Shown: in pieces, positions 17,911 through 26,078 of the stretch
Position numbering within the stretch: position 1 is the stretch's first letter
How the letters are laid out: each line of letters starts with the position of its first letter
Sequence record: PP355766.1
From: Klebsiella phage vB_Kpn_AM_K4
Length of the DNA: 32,000 nucleotides
Strand: one strand, 5' to 3'
Made by a program: the position numbers and the translations under genes
The notes under the pieces: model-generated
What the model was told of the DNA's origin: nothing
Databases searched by the model: none
Seen by the model: the letters and a program-made list of their open reading frames with translations, nothing else

Positions 17911-19160
17911 CAGCTAATACAGCGGACTTAGGACAAATTAATATTCGCGCAAGAACTACTGGAGGCACTTCTTCTGGTGATTTTAGCTTCCGTTCTGACG
18001 GCCGACTTGATGTTCCTGTAGCAGTTAAAGTTGGTGGTGCAGCAATGCTAACCAAAGACGGGAATATTACATCTGGCTCGATGTTTGGCGGTAACCTTAA
18101 CAACTATTTGACTTCTATTAAAAATGATATCACCACTGGCGATAGTAAGCAAGTAAGCAAGACTGGTGATACCATGACCGGTAACTTGACTATTAACGCT
18201 AACTTAAAAGTCGAAAATCCTAGTGGAACATTTGTTGATTTAGGTTCAGAGAACTCAGATAAGTACAGCAGATTAACCCTTGCTCGTAAAGTTGGCGATG
18301 GCGCTGCTGTGGCAATGCTTAAAATTACTCCTGAAGGATATGTGCAATTTGGTTATCAAACTGCAGTTTCTACTCCATCTCCTACTAAGTACATCCGAGT
18401 TAAACCTGATGGTCTTGATGTAGAAGGTGATTTAGTTTTTAATCAGACCTATCGCGGCACTGAAGAGGCAGTTGATATTTCTGATAAGACCATTGACCTT
18501 AACAGTCTTATCATTAAAAGAACCGACCCAGGTACTCGTCAACTGTATAAATGCATCTCTTCTGGTGGTGGTTCTAAGATAGCAAACAAACCCACATCTG
18601 ATGGTAACTTTGTTCTCGAAGTTCTGTCTTTGCGTAAAGTTTCTGATACCGATTGGTCATGTAAGCAGACCTTTACTACAAAGAATAACACCACTGTTGG
18701 CACATATGTTCGCTATGCCCAAAATGGCTCATGGACTGCGTGGAAAGAGGTTGTTGCTGGTGTTCAACCGATCAATTTAGGCGGTACTGGAGCAACTTCT
18801 GTAGCTGCTGCTCGTAATAATCTTGGTGTTGGTGAAGGACAAACTGTATCATTCGGTAATTTAGTTACCAACGACTTAACTGCAAACGGAAACGCTAGAT
18901 TGGTTGGAAGACTGAACCTTGGTTCTACTTCTGCGACTGGCGTATTACGAGCTAATGAAACTGGTGCGGTTGTCTTAGGTTCTGCTAGTGGTCAAAACAT
19001 CCACATCAGAGCAGGAAGCCCCGATACTTCTACTGGTGAAACCCGCTTTGAGCCAAATGGAAACGTTTTAGTTGGTGGAGTTCTGACGTCTTCAGGAAGC
19101 TTGCAAGTAAATGGCGAAGCCACGATGAGCAGAAGCTTGATCGTTTCTCAAAACATAAAG
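17905..19160 (+). pseudogene. Long tail fibre (gp34/gp37-type) internal fragment
   Basis: Within the 882-aa ORF 17820..20468: 'GNITSGSMFGGNLNNYLTS', 'KTGDTMTGNLTINANL', 'PINLGGTGATSVAAARNNLGV', 'IHIRAGSPDTSTGETRF'. The first ~30 aa of the ORF are an alternate frame of the polymerase. Confidence 0.75.
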
Positions 19161-20436
19161 AATACTAACGATAATAGTTTTATTCTGATGGGAAAAGATT
19201 CAGTTAAATTAAAAGATGCTCCAATAGATACTGACCCTTTAAGCCCGACATTTGGTGAAAAGGTATTTGAAAAGGAAGTATCTCATATAACAGGCAATCC
19301 TAAATCTGTATGCTTTAAAATGGATTCCGTTGGAGGCAAAATCTTTGCCCTTATTACCGGGGAAGTTAAAACCTTAGGATTAGACCCAACAGACCCACAG
19401 AACGTTGTGGATTCTACAACTAAAGGCGTCTATGTTTACCAAGAAGGCACAAATACTTGGAAGCGCGTATTTGGTAATACCGATGAAGAAAAACGTCGTA
19501 TAGAGCATTTATGGACTTCTATGTCAACTGACGGAAAGGAAATATTCTTTTCATCAGCAAATTTTAAGACAACAGAGTACGCTCAGGATATTGAGCTTGA
19601 GACGAAATATCCAGAACTAATTTCTACCGCAGTTAAAAATGTTAACCCAATTCAGTATCACTCTGATAAGCATTATCACATGATGAGTTTCCGAGCGGAT
19701 GAATTTTCAAGATGGGAAACATTTGTTCCTGGACCGATGAGGTTTTATGCTGAGCCTTGGTTTGTCTGGATGGCTCGTGAAGGTAACAGATGCTGGATAA
19801 GTACAGCTGACCATGCAGTTGTCATTTATAATGATATTCTTTATCAAAAAAGAGTAGATACAGCAGCACAGGGAACTACCGAGCGCATTCTTTCGGAAGT
19901 GTGGGATAAAGGCGACGCAACGTTTTATTGCCCTCCGGTTTCATTTAACGGATTTTTGCAGTATGCTTCTGGTATCATGTTTCACGAGCCAGATGGAAAG
20001 CTGATAGGTTATTATGCATTCGATTATCGTGTTCGTGACCAGGTAACGCTTAACTGGAAACCAACTGATGTAATGTTTAAGGCGTTTCTGCAGAACCAAA
20101 CCCGTGAAGAAGATTGGACTCCTGAACATACTCCAGGCTTGCGTGACCCGGATTTACGTCCGTATCTTACTAAAATGATGCCGGATAGTTACTTGCTACA
20201 AGATAGTAATTTTGAGCACTTTTGTAAGTACTATCTCCAATTCCTTTCGGATGGAAATGGAACACATTACAACAGTCTCGTTAATCTTGTTAAGAACAAA
20301 TATCCTCGCGAAGAAAATGCATGGGAATATCTGTGGTCAGAAGTTTATAAACGCAACATTTATCTGAGTAAAGACGCTCGTGACGCTGTCGTCCGTTTCT
20401 TTGAAGCACGCAAGAATGATTTCTATGCTACAAGTA
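19160..20436 (+). pseudogene. 7: Baseplate wedge gp7, internal fragment fused in frame to tail fibre
   Basis: 'DPLSPTFGEKVFEKEVSHITGNPKSVCFKMDS...TWKRVFGNTDEEKRRI...DKHYHMMSFRADEFSRWETF...DPDLRPYLTKMMPDSYLLQDSNFEHFC...YPREENAWEYLWSEVYKRNIYL' matches central T4 gp7. Confidence 0.88.
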
Positions 20437-20439
20437 TAG

Positions 20440-20533
20440 CGTCGTGGAGGTGTCACCTTGCAGGGTGATTAACAACCGGAGGACTCCTCAGAACCTTGCC
20501 GGCAAGGGCTAACCTTCTCTTCTAACACGACGT
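20440..20533. ncRNA. Structured element at the end of a tRNA cluster, strand and identity unknown
   Basis: Long-range GCGTCGTG/CACGACGT stem enclosing AGGTGTCACCT, GAGGACTCCTC and CCTTGCCGGCAAGG hairpins. Confidence 0.4.
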
Positions 20534-20565
20534 CTTAATAGGAGAGCTGCAACTCTTCCTAAAAC

Positions 20566-20739
20566 TTACATTACATCATATTCTTCAACTAGATATTCGG
20601 AATAAGAGTTATTTGCTTTTAGTTCGTCTTTATACTCTTCAGCTTCATGCTTAGTATGAAAAATTTTCCTAGGTAAAGAAAACTCGTCATATCCATATTC
20701 TAAATTCCAGTTAGTTTCTACTACAACATATACTTTCAT
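20566..20739 (-). CDS. Hypothetical 57-aa protein within the tRNA cluster
   Basis: MKVYVVVETNWNLEYGYDEFSLPRKIFHTKHEAEEYKDELKANNSYSEYLVEEYDVM; preceded by GAGGAAAAT. Confidence 0.55.
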   Translation of the reverse strand: MKVYVVVETNWNLEYGYDEFSLPRKIFHTKHEAEEYKDELKANNSYSEYLVEEYDVM

Positions 20740-20757
20740 ATTTTCCTCATAAATTTT

Positions 20758-20835
20758 TGGTATGGGTAGGAATCGAACCTACAAACCATTCAGCGCCAGG
20801 GCCTCACGCTCTACCTATTTGAGCTATCACATACC
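20758..20835 (-). tRNA. tRNA-like gene, isotype unresolved, no encoded CCA
   Basis: Acceptor ggtatg/catacc, T arm gtagg-ttcgatt-cctac, D stem gctc/gagc; no canonical anticodon arm. Confidence 0.5.
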
Positions 20836-20841
20836 AGAATT

Positions 20842-20917
20842 TGGTGCCGGTTGACGGAATCGAACCGCCGACCTTCTCATTACAAGTGAGTTGCTCTACC
20901 TACTGAGCTAAACCGGC
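20842..20917 (-). tRNA. tRNA-Thr(TGT)
   Basis: Acceptor gccggtt/aaccggc, loop ctTGTaa, T arm ggcgg-ttcgatt-ccgtc, 3' acca. Confidence 0.85.
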
Positions 20918-21441
20918 AATTTAAATCTAGTGCAGTTATTATTCAGGTCTTTAATAACTGGGAGAATGTCATGAAAGAAAAACCACTCTCCACCTTCTAA
21001 ATTATTTTTATATTTATCATGGAAATACTTTTCCAGCTTAATAGCTTCTTGAGAATATCTAAATGACAGTATTTTATACGTTCTTCCGGGTGAGAATGTA
21101 TTAGCGGTTGCTGCTCGCTGATCGGGCTCTATAGAACGACCGATCTTATATAAATTTGGATGACGAGTATCAACCATTATATAAATGAAGGCTTGATTGT
21201 AATTTTTGCTTATGTCAAAACAGTCTTTAAATTTTAGCAAGTTTAACGCGGCGGTACGACAGTACAAATTCCACAATGTTTTCTTTTTAGATAATTTTTT
21301 ATTTTCAAATTCTTTAATATTGTGGAGTTTAAGCATTGCCACACTTTCAATTAGCTTAGTAGTTACATCAAAGTTTGTATGACTTATTAATCCAGAATCA
21401 ATAGCTAATTTAATTTGATTCCAATCTATGTCATTTCTCAT
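20908..21441 (-). CDS. GIY-YIG/T5orf172-like protein, candidate freestanding homing nuclease
   Basis: 'AFIYIMVDTRHPNLYKIGRSIEPDQRAATANTFSPGRTYKILSFRYSQEAIKLEKYFHDKYKNNLEGGEWFFF'; sits between tRNA-Thr and tRNA-Arg. Confidence 0.7.
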   Translation of the reverse strand: MRNDIDWNQIKLAIDSGLISHTNFDVTTKLIESVAMLKLHNIKEFENKKLSKKKTLWNLYCRTAALNLLKFKDCFDISKNYNQAFIYIMVDTRHPNLYKIGRSIEPDQRAATANTFSPGRTYKILSFRYSQEAIKLEKYFHDKYKNNLEGGEWFFFHDILPVIKDLNNNCTRFKLPV

Positions 21442-21460
21442 AATTTTATCCTCATAAATT

Positions 21461-21537
21461 TGGTACCCCTACCAGGACTCGAACCCGGACTACCGACCTT
21501 AGAACGATCGTGTGCTAATCCATTACACTATAAGGGC
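21461..21537 (-). tRNA. tRNA-Arg(TCT)
   Basis: Acceptor gccctta/taggggt, D stem gtgt/gcac, anticodon arm cgatc-gttctaa-ggtcg, T arm ccggg-ttcgagt-cctgg, acca. Confidence 0.85.
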
Positions 21538-21539
21538 TT

Positions 21540-21626
21540 TGGTGCGTCGAACGAGACTCGAACTCGTACGGGTTTAATCCCGGGAGATTTTAAGTCTCCT
21601 TTGTCTACCAATTCCAACATCGACGC
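21540..21626 (-). tRNA. tRNA-Leu(TAA)
   Basis: Acceptor gcgtcga/tcgacgc, anticodon arm ggaga-cttaaaa-tctcc, long variable arm, T arm acgag-ttcgagt-ctcgt, acca. Confidence 0.88.
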
Positions 21627-21646
21627 AAATATCATGAGGAAGAACT

Positions 21647-21817
21647 ATGAGTTATGATATTGGCGATTTAAAAGCTCCACGCATGGTAACTATTTCAGCA
21701 GAAGAGCTTGAACGCTTGCAAGCAATTGAAGAACTGCTGTGGGAAATTGAATGTTCGCTTCCATCCGGTTTAGAAAGCTGGATTGATGATGAAGATTTAC
21801 AGAAGCTGCGAGGTTAA
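21647..21817 (+). CDS. Hypothetical 56-aa protein
   Basis: MSYDIGDLKAPRMVTISAEELERLQAIEELLWEIECSLPSGLESWIDDEDLQKLRG. Confidence 0.55.
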   Translation: MSYDIGDLKAPRMVTISAEELERLQAIEELLWEIECSLPSGLESWIDDEDLQKLRG

Positions 21818-21819
21818 AA

Positions 21820-22208
21820 TGACTAACGCTGAATTAGTAAAAGAAATCAAGCATATCGCTGGCGTCACTGGTGGCTGGGACGACAACTACGATTTCGAAT
21901 ATCCGCCTAATGCACCAGACGATGATGCAGAAGAAATCTTTGTTTTAATAGAAGATGGAGATTGGACCCAAGAGCACAAGTATCAAGACCGCACTCAAAT
22001 TTGGTATTATCCAGCGCGCGGCGTTCATTTCATGGTATCAGAATCTCGTTCAGGTTCATATCATACTGATTGGTATTATAGTCCTCCTGAAGTAGATATC
22101 GTTTCTCGCCATGAAAAAGTGGTTACTCGCACTGAAGTTGAATGGCGTATTGAACATGATTCTGCTAATGATTCTGAACCAACACCATGCAAAGTAGCAA
22201 AGGTCTAA
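21820..22208 (+). CDS. Hypothetical acidic protein (true start probably ATG 21820)
   Basis: MTNAELVKEIKHIAGVTGGWDDNYDFEYPPNAPDDDAEEIFVLIEDGDW... Confidence 0.6.
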
Positions 22209-22345
22209 AACCCTGGTATGCGGCTCGATGGGAAACTGTCGAGCCAGAGGAAGATGCTATTCCTGAAGAGGATTATAATACCTCTGAACCCACTATAAAC
22301 GAATTACTTGATTATGAGGACAAAGTGAATGGGACTTATTGGTAA
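22187..22345 (+). CDS. Hypothetical 52-aa protein overlapping both neighbours
   Basis: MQSSKGLKPWYAARWETVEPEEDAIPEEDYNTSEPTINELLDYEDKVNGTYW. Confidence 0.4.
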   Translation: MQSSKGLKPWYAARWETVEPEEDAIPEEDYNTSEPTINELLDYEDKVNGTYW

Positions 22346-22781
22346 GCAGTTTGAAGTTATTGAGAATGATGATGAACTGAGCGAACAATTTCCAGTGTTC
22401 ATTCCGGGATTTAAGTTCCAAGTCATTTCTGTGGCCAATGAAGATGACCTTGAAATGTGTGGAATTACTGCTGTAATTGATTTGCTGACAAACAAAATCA
22501 TTACTATTAACGACCCAACTCCACACGGCGAATCTTGGTTCTGGTGCTTCTACAGCGAAGATACTATGCACCAAATTAAAGAAATTGGCCAAGGTGAAGA
22601 TGTTCCTCTGATTTCTGAAATTAAACTTAATCATTTCCAAGGTGCAATCGTTCCAATTACCAGAGCTCTTTATGCCTTTGCTGGGCAGGAAAATTGTGAT
22701 TCAGAAGAGTATGATTTAATGCAAAAAGCTGCGGATTACATTGTCGCACTTGAACAACGTCTTGGAGTTCGCCATGTCTAA
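22329..22781 (+). CDS. Hypothetical phage protein
   Basis: 150 aa ORF; the stop codon abuts the tRNA-like RNA. Confidence 0.6.
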   Translation: MGLIGKQFEVIENDDELSEQFPVFIPGFKFQVISVANEDDLEMCGITAVIDLLTNKIITINDPTPHGESWFWCFYSEDTMHQIKEIGQGEDVPLISEIKLNHFQGAIVPITRALYAFAGQENCDSEEYDLMQKAADYIVALEQRLGVRHV

Positions 22782-22909
22782 TTGTTCAGGCAGGACTCGA
22801 ACCTGCACGACTGATTCCGTCGGCGATTTACCACCATCGCCAGCATATGATGCAATATGCGAGCTCAAAAGGTGTCCGTCACCATGTCTACCGATTTCAC
22901 CACTGAACA
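22782..22909 (-). ncRNA. 128-nt tRNA-like stable RNA, candidate homologue of the T4 species 1/2 (band C/D) RNAs
   Basis: Acceptor tgttcag/ctgaaca, T arm gcagg-ttcgagt-cctgc, internal hairpins ggtg-acgga-cacc, gcatat-tgcatc-atatgc and ggcgat-ggtggtaa-atcgcc; no encoded CCA. Confidence 0.65.
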
Positions 22910-22920
22910 AGATAATTATA

Positions 22921-23397
22921 TTACTGATTATTTATAGCATTTCTCAAACGATAGAGTTGATTACAGAATTCGCGTTCAGTCAAAATCGTTTCAGAAATTT
23001 TATTTTTGCCCATACTGTGAGTGAGCGTAGCATTCCGGGTAGCAGCCAAAGCTTTTCTGAATCCTTCATTTTTACTAAGTGCATCGTATGCTCCTGTTAG
23101 TAAATTCTGATACGCTTCTGAGGCACGGTGAATAGGAACACCTTTCCAATAAAGCGTTTGTGTTGGCCACCAACGTTTCTTCTTACCTTTAAACTTAGCG
23201 GACTTTCCGACTAGTGTACATACATGTGCTTGCATTTCAGGCGAAGAAAATTTGAGGGATTGCAAGAATCCCTCCATTGATGCACATTCTACGCCATCAT
23301 AGATAAATTTATGAGGAGCGAAATTACTCAAAGCACATGATGGATATGAACTACCTGAACCAATATCCATTACTTTTCCTTCACGTATTTCAACCAA
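22921..23397 (-). CDS. NADAR-domain-like protein (YbiA-like fold)
   Basis: 'LSNFAPHKFIYDGVECASMEGFLQSLKFSS', 'VPIHRASEAYQNLLTGAYDALSKNEGFRKALAATRNATLTHSMG'; 158 aa. Confidence 0.75.
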   Translation of the reverse strand: MVEIREGKVMDIGSGSSYPSCALSNFAPHKFIYDGVECASMEGFLQSLKFSSPEMQAHVCTLVGKSAKFKGKKKRWWPTQTLYWKGVPIHRASEAYQNLLTGAYDALSKNEGFRKALAATRNATLTHSMGKNKISETILTEREFCNQLYRLRNAINNQ

Positions 23398-23885
23398 TCA
23401 ACTTTTAATGGGCTTTCTTTCTGATTATACGTAATTCCAACATGGAATGCAACTGGAGCATCAGGAATACGAATTTCTTCTTCAATGTTGAAGATTTCTA
23501 CTTTCTCAAATACTCGCATGAAATCATAGTCATATTCAATTGGATTACCCAACCAAGCCTGAATAGCATACATAACTTCATTTGAACAAGAATAGTGGTT
23601 ATCTAAATAAGCATCAAACTCTTCGTCTGTGCAATCATATGCAGGAACATCAACGCCAAAGAATTTCTTGGAAAATTCAGGAGTTACATACTTCTGTTCA
23701 GTGTGAAGTCTTTCAAGAACTGCTTCATGATTATAATCAGCATTTCCCATATACACACCACGGCGGCCATTAGAAGAGAACCATTCAAGAACATGAATTA
23801 CTTGATTAATCTCTTCTTTTTCTAAGCCATAAACCATTTGGGTAGAATACCGATCAGCATCATTTTCCCAAGTGGTAATTGCCAT
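23394..23885 (-). CDS. Hypothetical protein (called ORF 23370..23972; internal Met MAITTWENDADRYS preferred)
   Basis: ORF 200 aa; the N-terminal part before MAITTW looks noncoding. Boundaries approximate; overlaps the NADAR gene start. Confidence 0.5.
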
Positions 23886-24017
23886 TGCTAAACCTTTAGG
23901 AATAACTTGTCCAAATTTAACCAGAGGACGATAGAAGAGATTATGTGTGGTGGAAAGGTAAATGGACACCATACGAGAAGTGTAGCCTTGAATTATTCAT
24001 AGCCAAGTGCAGGGCCA

Positions 24018-24025
24018 AATAAATA
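24018..24025 (+). promoter_or_regulatory. T4 late-promoter-like box AATAAATA upstream of e
   Basis: 7/8 match to TATAAATA, immediately before the RBS hairpin. Confidence 0.5.
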
Positions 24026-24044
24026 CTCCTATAATTAATAGGAG
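24026..24044 (+). promoter_or_regulatory. Hairpin sequestering the Shine-Dalgarno of lysozyme gene e
   Basis: CTCCTAT-AATTA-ATAGGAG; the 3' arm contains the GGAG SD 7 nt before the ATG. Confidence 0.7.
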
Positions 24045-24050
24045 GTCCTT

Positions 24051-24545
24051 ATGGATATTTTTGGCATGCTGCGTATTGATGAAGGATACGATAGCAAAAT
24101 TTATAAAGATACCGAAGGGTATTGGACTATTGGTATTGGCCACTTACTGACTAAAGACCCGTCAAAATCTTTGGCTATTTCTAACCTGGACAAGCTTGTA
24201 GGTCGTTCTACTGGTGGCCAAATTACCCAGGCTGAGGCAGAAGTAATTTTTGCAAAGGATGTTGAAAAAGCAATTAAGGGCATTGTGGCTAATGCTACAT
24301 TAAGCCCGGTATATAATATATTAGATGATGTTCGTAGAGCAGCTCTAATTAACATGGTATTCCAAATGGGTGTAGGTGGTGTCGCTGGATTCCCTGCTTC
24401 CATGAAGCTCTTAGCTGCTAAAAAATGGGATGCTGCTGCCAAAGAACTGGCAAATTCACGTTGGTATCGTCAGACACCTAATCGTGCTCGTCGTGTAATT
24501 GAAACTATGCGGACCGGAACTTGGGCCGCTTATCAAGGAAAATAA
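24051..24545 (+). CDS. e: T4-like lysozyme (gpe)
   Basis: '[35 protein letters not shown]...[13 protein letters not shown]...[26 protein letters not shown]'; full-length. Confidence 0.95.
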   Translation: MDIFGMLRIDEGYDSKIYKDTEGYWTIGIGHLLTKDPSKSLAISNLDKLVGRSTGGQITQAEAEVIFAKDVEKAIKGIVANATLSPVYNILDDVRRAALINMVFQMGVGGVAGFPASMKLLAAKKWDAAAKELANSRWYRQTPNRARRVIETMRTGTWAAYQGK

Positions 24546-25025
24546 ATGAAAACTTATCAAGAATTTTTAAATGAATCCCGTTTAGCAACAGTTGGCGTAA
24601 TGACTGAATCTGTTGGAAGTAATCTTCTGAAATTTAAAAAAGGTCAGAAGATGACAGCCACGCTAGAAGATGGTACAGAAATTGAAATGGACGTTGTTGG
24701 ATATAACTACGTAGTAGACGGCAAGTTATATAATAAGAGCCATGCTAAGTTTGATTCATTCGATGATTTCACCTCTTCTATTGAAGATGAGTCTTCTCGC
24801 AAAGCAGTAGCATCTGGCGATGCACGCTCCTTAATGGCATTTGGTCATGAGCGTATTAAGTCTAAGCAGAACAAACCTGGTGAAGATAACTTTGCATTAG
24901 TAGGTTATCAGTCTGGCAAAACTTCTAACGGTTACCAACGTACTGTTACCATGTACATGCGTAATGGTAAAATTGCGTTCGTAAACGATCGTGGCGCTAT
25001 TCGTTACGCTAAATCAATTAAGTAG
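24546..25025 (+). CDS. Internal-head-protein-like ORF (candidate IP/prehead-targeted protein)
   Basis: 'MKTYQEFLNESR' resembles the T4 IP capsid-targeting sequence; location next to e as for ipII/ipIII. Confidence 0.6.
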   Translation: MKTYQEFLNESRLATVGVMTESVGSNLLKFKKGQKMTATLEDGTEIEMDVVGYNYVVDGKLYNKSHAKFDSFDDFTSSIEDESSRKAVASGDARSLMAFGHERIKSKQNKPGEDNFALVGYQSGKTSNGYQRTVTMYMRNGKIAFVNDRGAIRYAKSIK

Positions 25026-25377
25026 TGCGAAGACCATACGCCATTACCGGAACATCGTACAGGTCAACAATTTTGCACAGCTGAACAACATGCTCGGTAG
25101 TCAAGAATTGGGCTTCATCAACGAAAACACAATGAATATCACGCTGTGTTTGTGCCCACTTGAAAAACTCAAGAATATCAATAGATTCGTCTACTGTATT
25201 AGCTTCATGACGAAGACCAATACGTGATGTTACCTCGGTGGCAGAATCACGAGTATCAATAGCAGGTTTAAGAATGAGAGTTCCCATTCCTCGTTCTTTG
25301 TAATTATGCGCCGCGGTAAGAAGGTTAGCTGATTTGCCTGCATTCATGCTCGCGTAGTTGAAATAAAGCTGTGCCAT
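25026..25377 (-). pseudogene. tk: Thymidine kinase, N-terminal fragment
   Basis: 'YASMNAGKSANLLTAAHNYKERGMGTLILKPAIDTRD...HCVFVDEAQFLTTEHVVQL...VPVMAYGLRT'; zinc-ribbon C-terminus missing. Confidence 0.88.
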
Positions 25378-25544
25378 TAAAGTGTCTCCATAAAATCAGA
25401 AATAGCATTCTTAGAACGAATGAGTTCATCGTATTCTTCAGGTAGACCATTTCCGTAAATGGCACTAATAGCTACTACTTGCTCGGCACCTGCATAATCG
25501 TCAATCAACTGCCACAGTTTAGTTTTTTGCTCTTCAGTAATCAT
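25377..25544 (-). CDS. Hypothetical 55-aa protein coupled to tk
   Basis: MITEEQKTKLWQLIDDYAGAEQVVAISAIYGNGLPEEYDELIRSKNAISDFMETL; TAATG-type overlap with the tk start. Confidence 0.55.
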   Translation of the reverse strand: MITEEQKTKLWQLIDDYAGAEQVVAISAIYGNGLPEEYDELIRSKNAISDFMETL

Positions 25545-25568
25545 CTATTTACCTCTAACAAGACGGAT

Positions 25569-26036
25569 TTAGCTTTTAGCTTCTTCATATTCTACCACCA
25601 TAATGTCAATATCAGGTGTTGCTAAATTGATTAATTTCTCAATTAGTTCCCAATCACCGCCAGCAATACCAGCTCCAATTTTTGGAATGTACAGAGGACG
25701 ATTATAAACAATACGACCAGAATTTAGTTCATGGAATGCATTAAAAATTGCGCCGTAATCAACATTTGGACCTGGAGCATACTGAGTGTATAGATTATAG
25801 CAATATGCAGTGCCTTTTTTGTGAATGGCTCGAGTATGAGTTCCAAGCTTAGCTAAATTATTGTCATAATAACGGTCTTCATCGATGTCAATATCGAGAA
25901 TTGGAGGATATGCTTTAGCAAGCTGTCCTGCTACGCCGGCACCCATTGTAGTAAAGCAATTACACCCATGAGCGATATCGCATTCATGCTTCATGAATAA
26001 CTCTACAATATTACCCTTGATATATCCAGTAATCAT
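25569..26036 (-). CDS. tk.4: Macro-domain protein (Tk.4-like, ADP-ribose phosphatase family)
   Basis: 'CDIAHGCNCFTTMGAGVAGQLAKAYP' and 'YIPKIGAGIAGGDWELIEKLIN'; just upstream of tk. Confidence 0.82.
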   Translation of the reverse strand: MITGYIKGNIVELFMKHECDIAHGCNCFTTMGAGVAGQLAKAYPPILDIDIDEDRYYDNNLAKLGTHTRAIHKKGTAYCYNLYTQYAPGPNVDYGAIFNAFHELNSGRIVYNRPLYIPKIGAGIAGGDWELIEKLINLATPDIDIMVVEYEEAKS

Positions 26037-26078
26037 TTATTCACCTATGGAATTTTATATGTTGCATATTCATTAAGA

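Noticed and set aside
22741-23100. 119-aa plus ORF (MSHLNNVLEFAMSNCSGRTRTC...)
   Set aside because: Spans the tRNA-like RNA and the antisense of the NADAR gene; 'CSGRTRTCT' is a typical artefact of reading a tRNA antisense.
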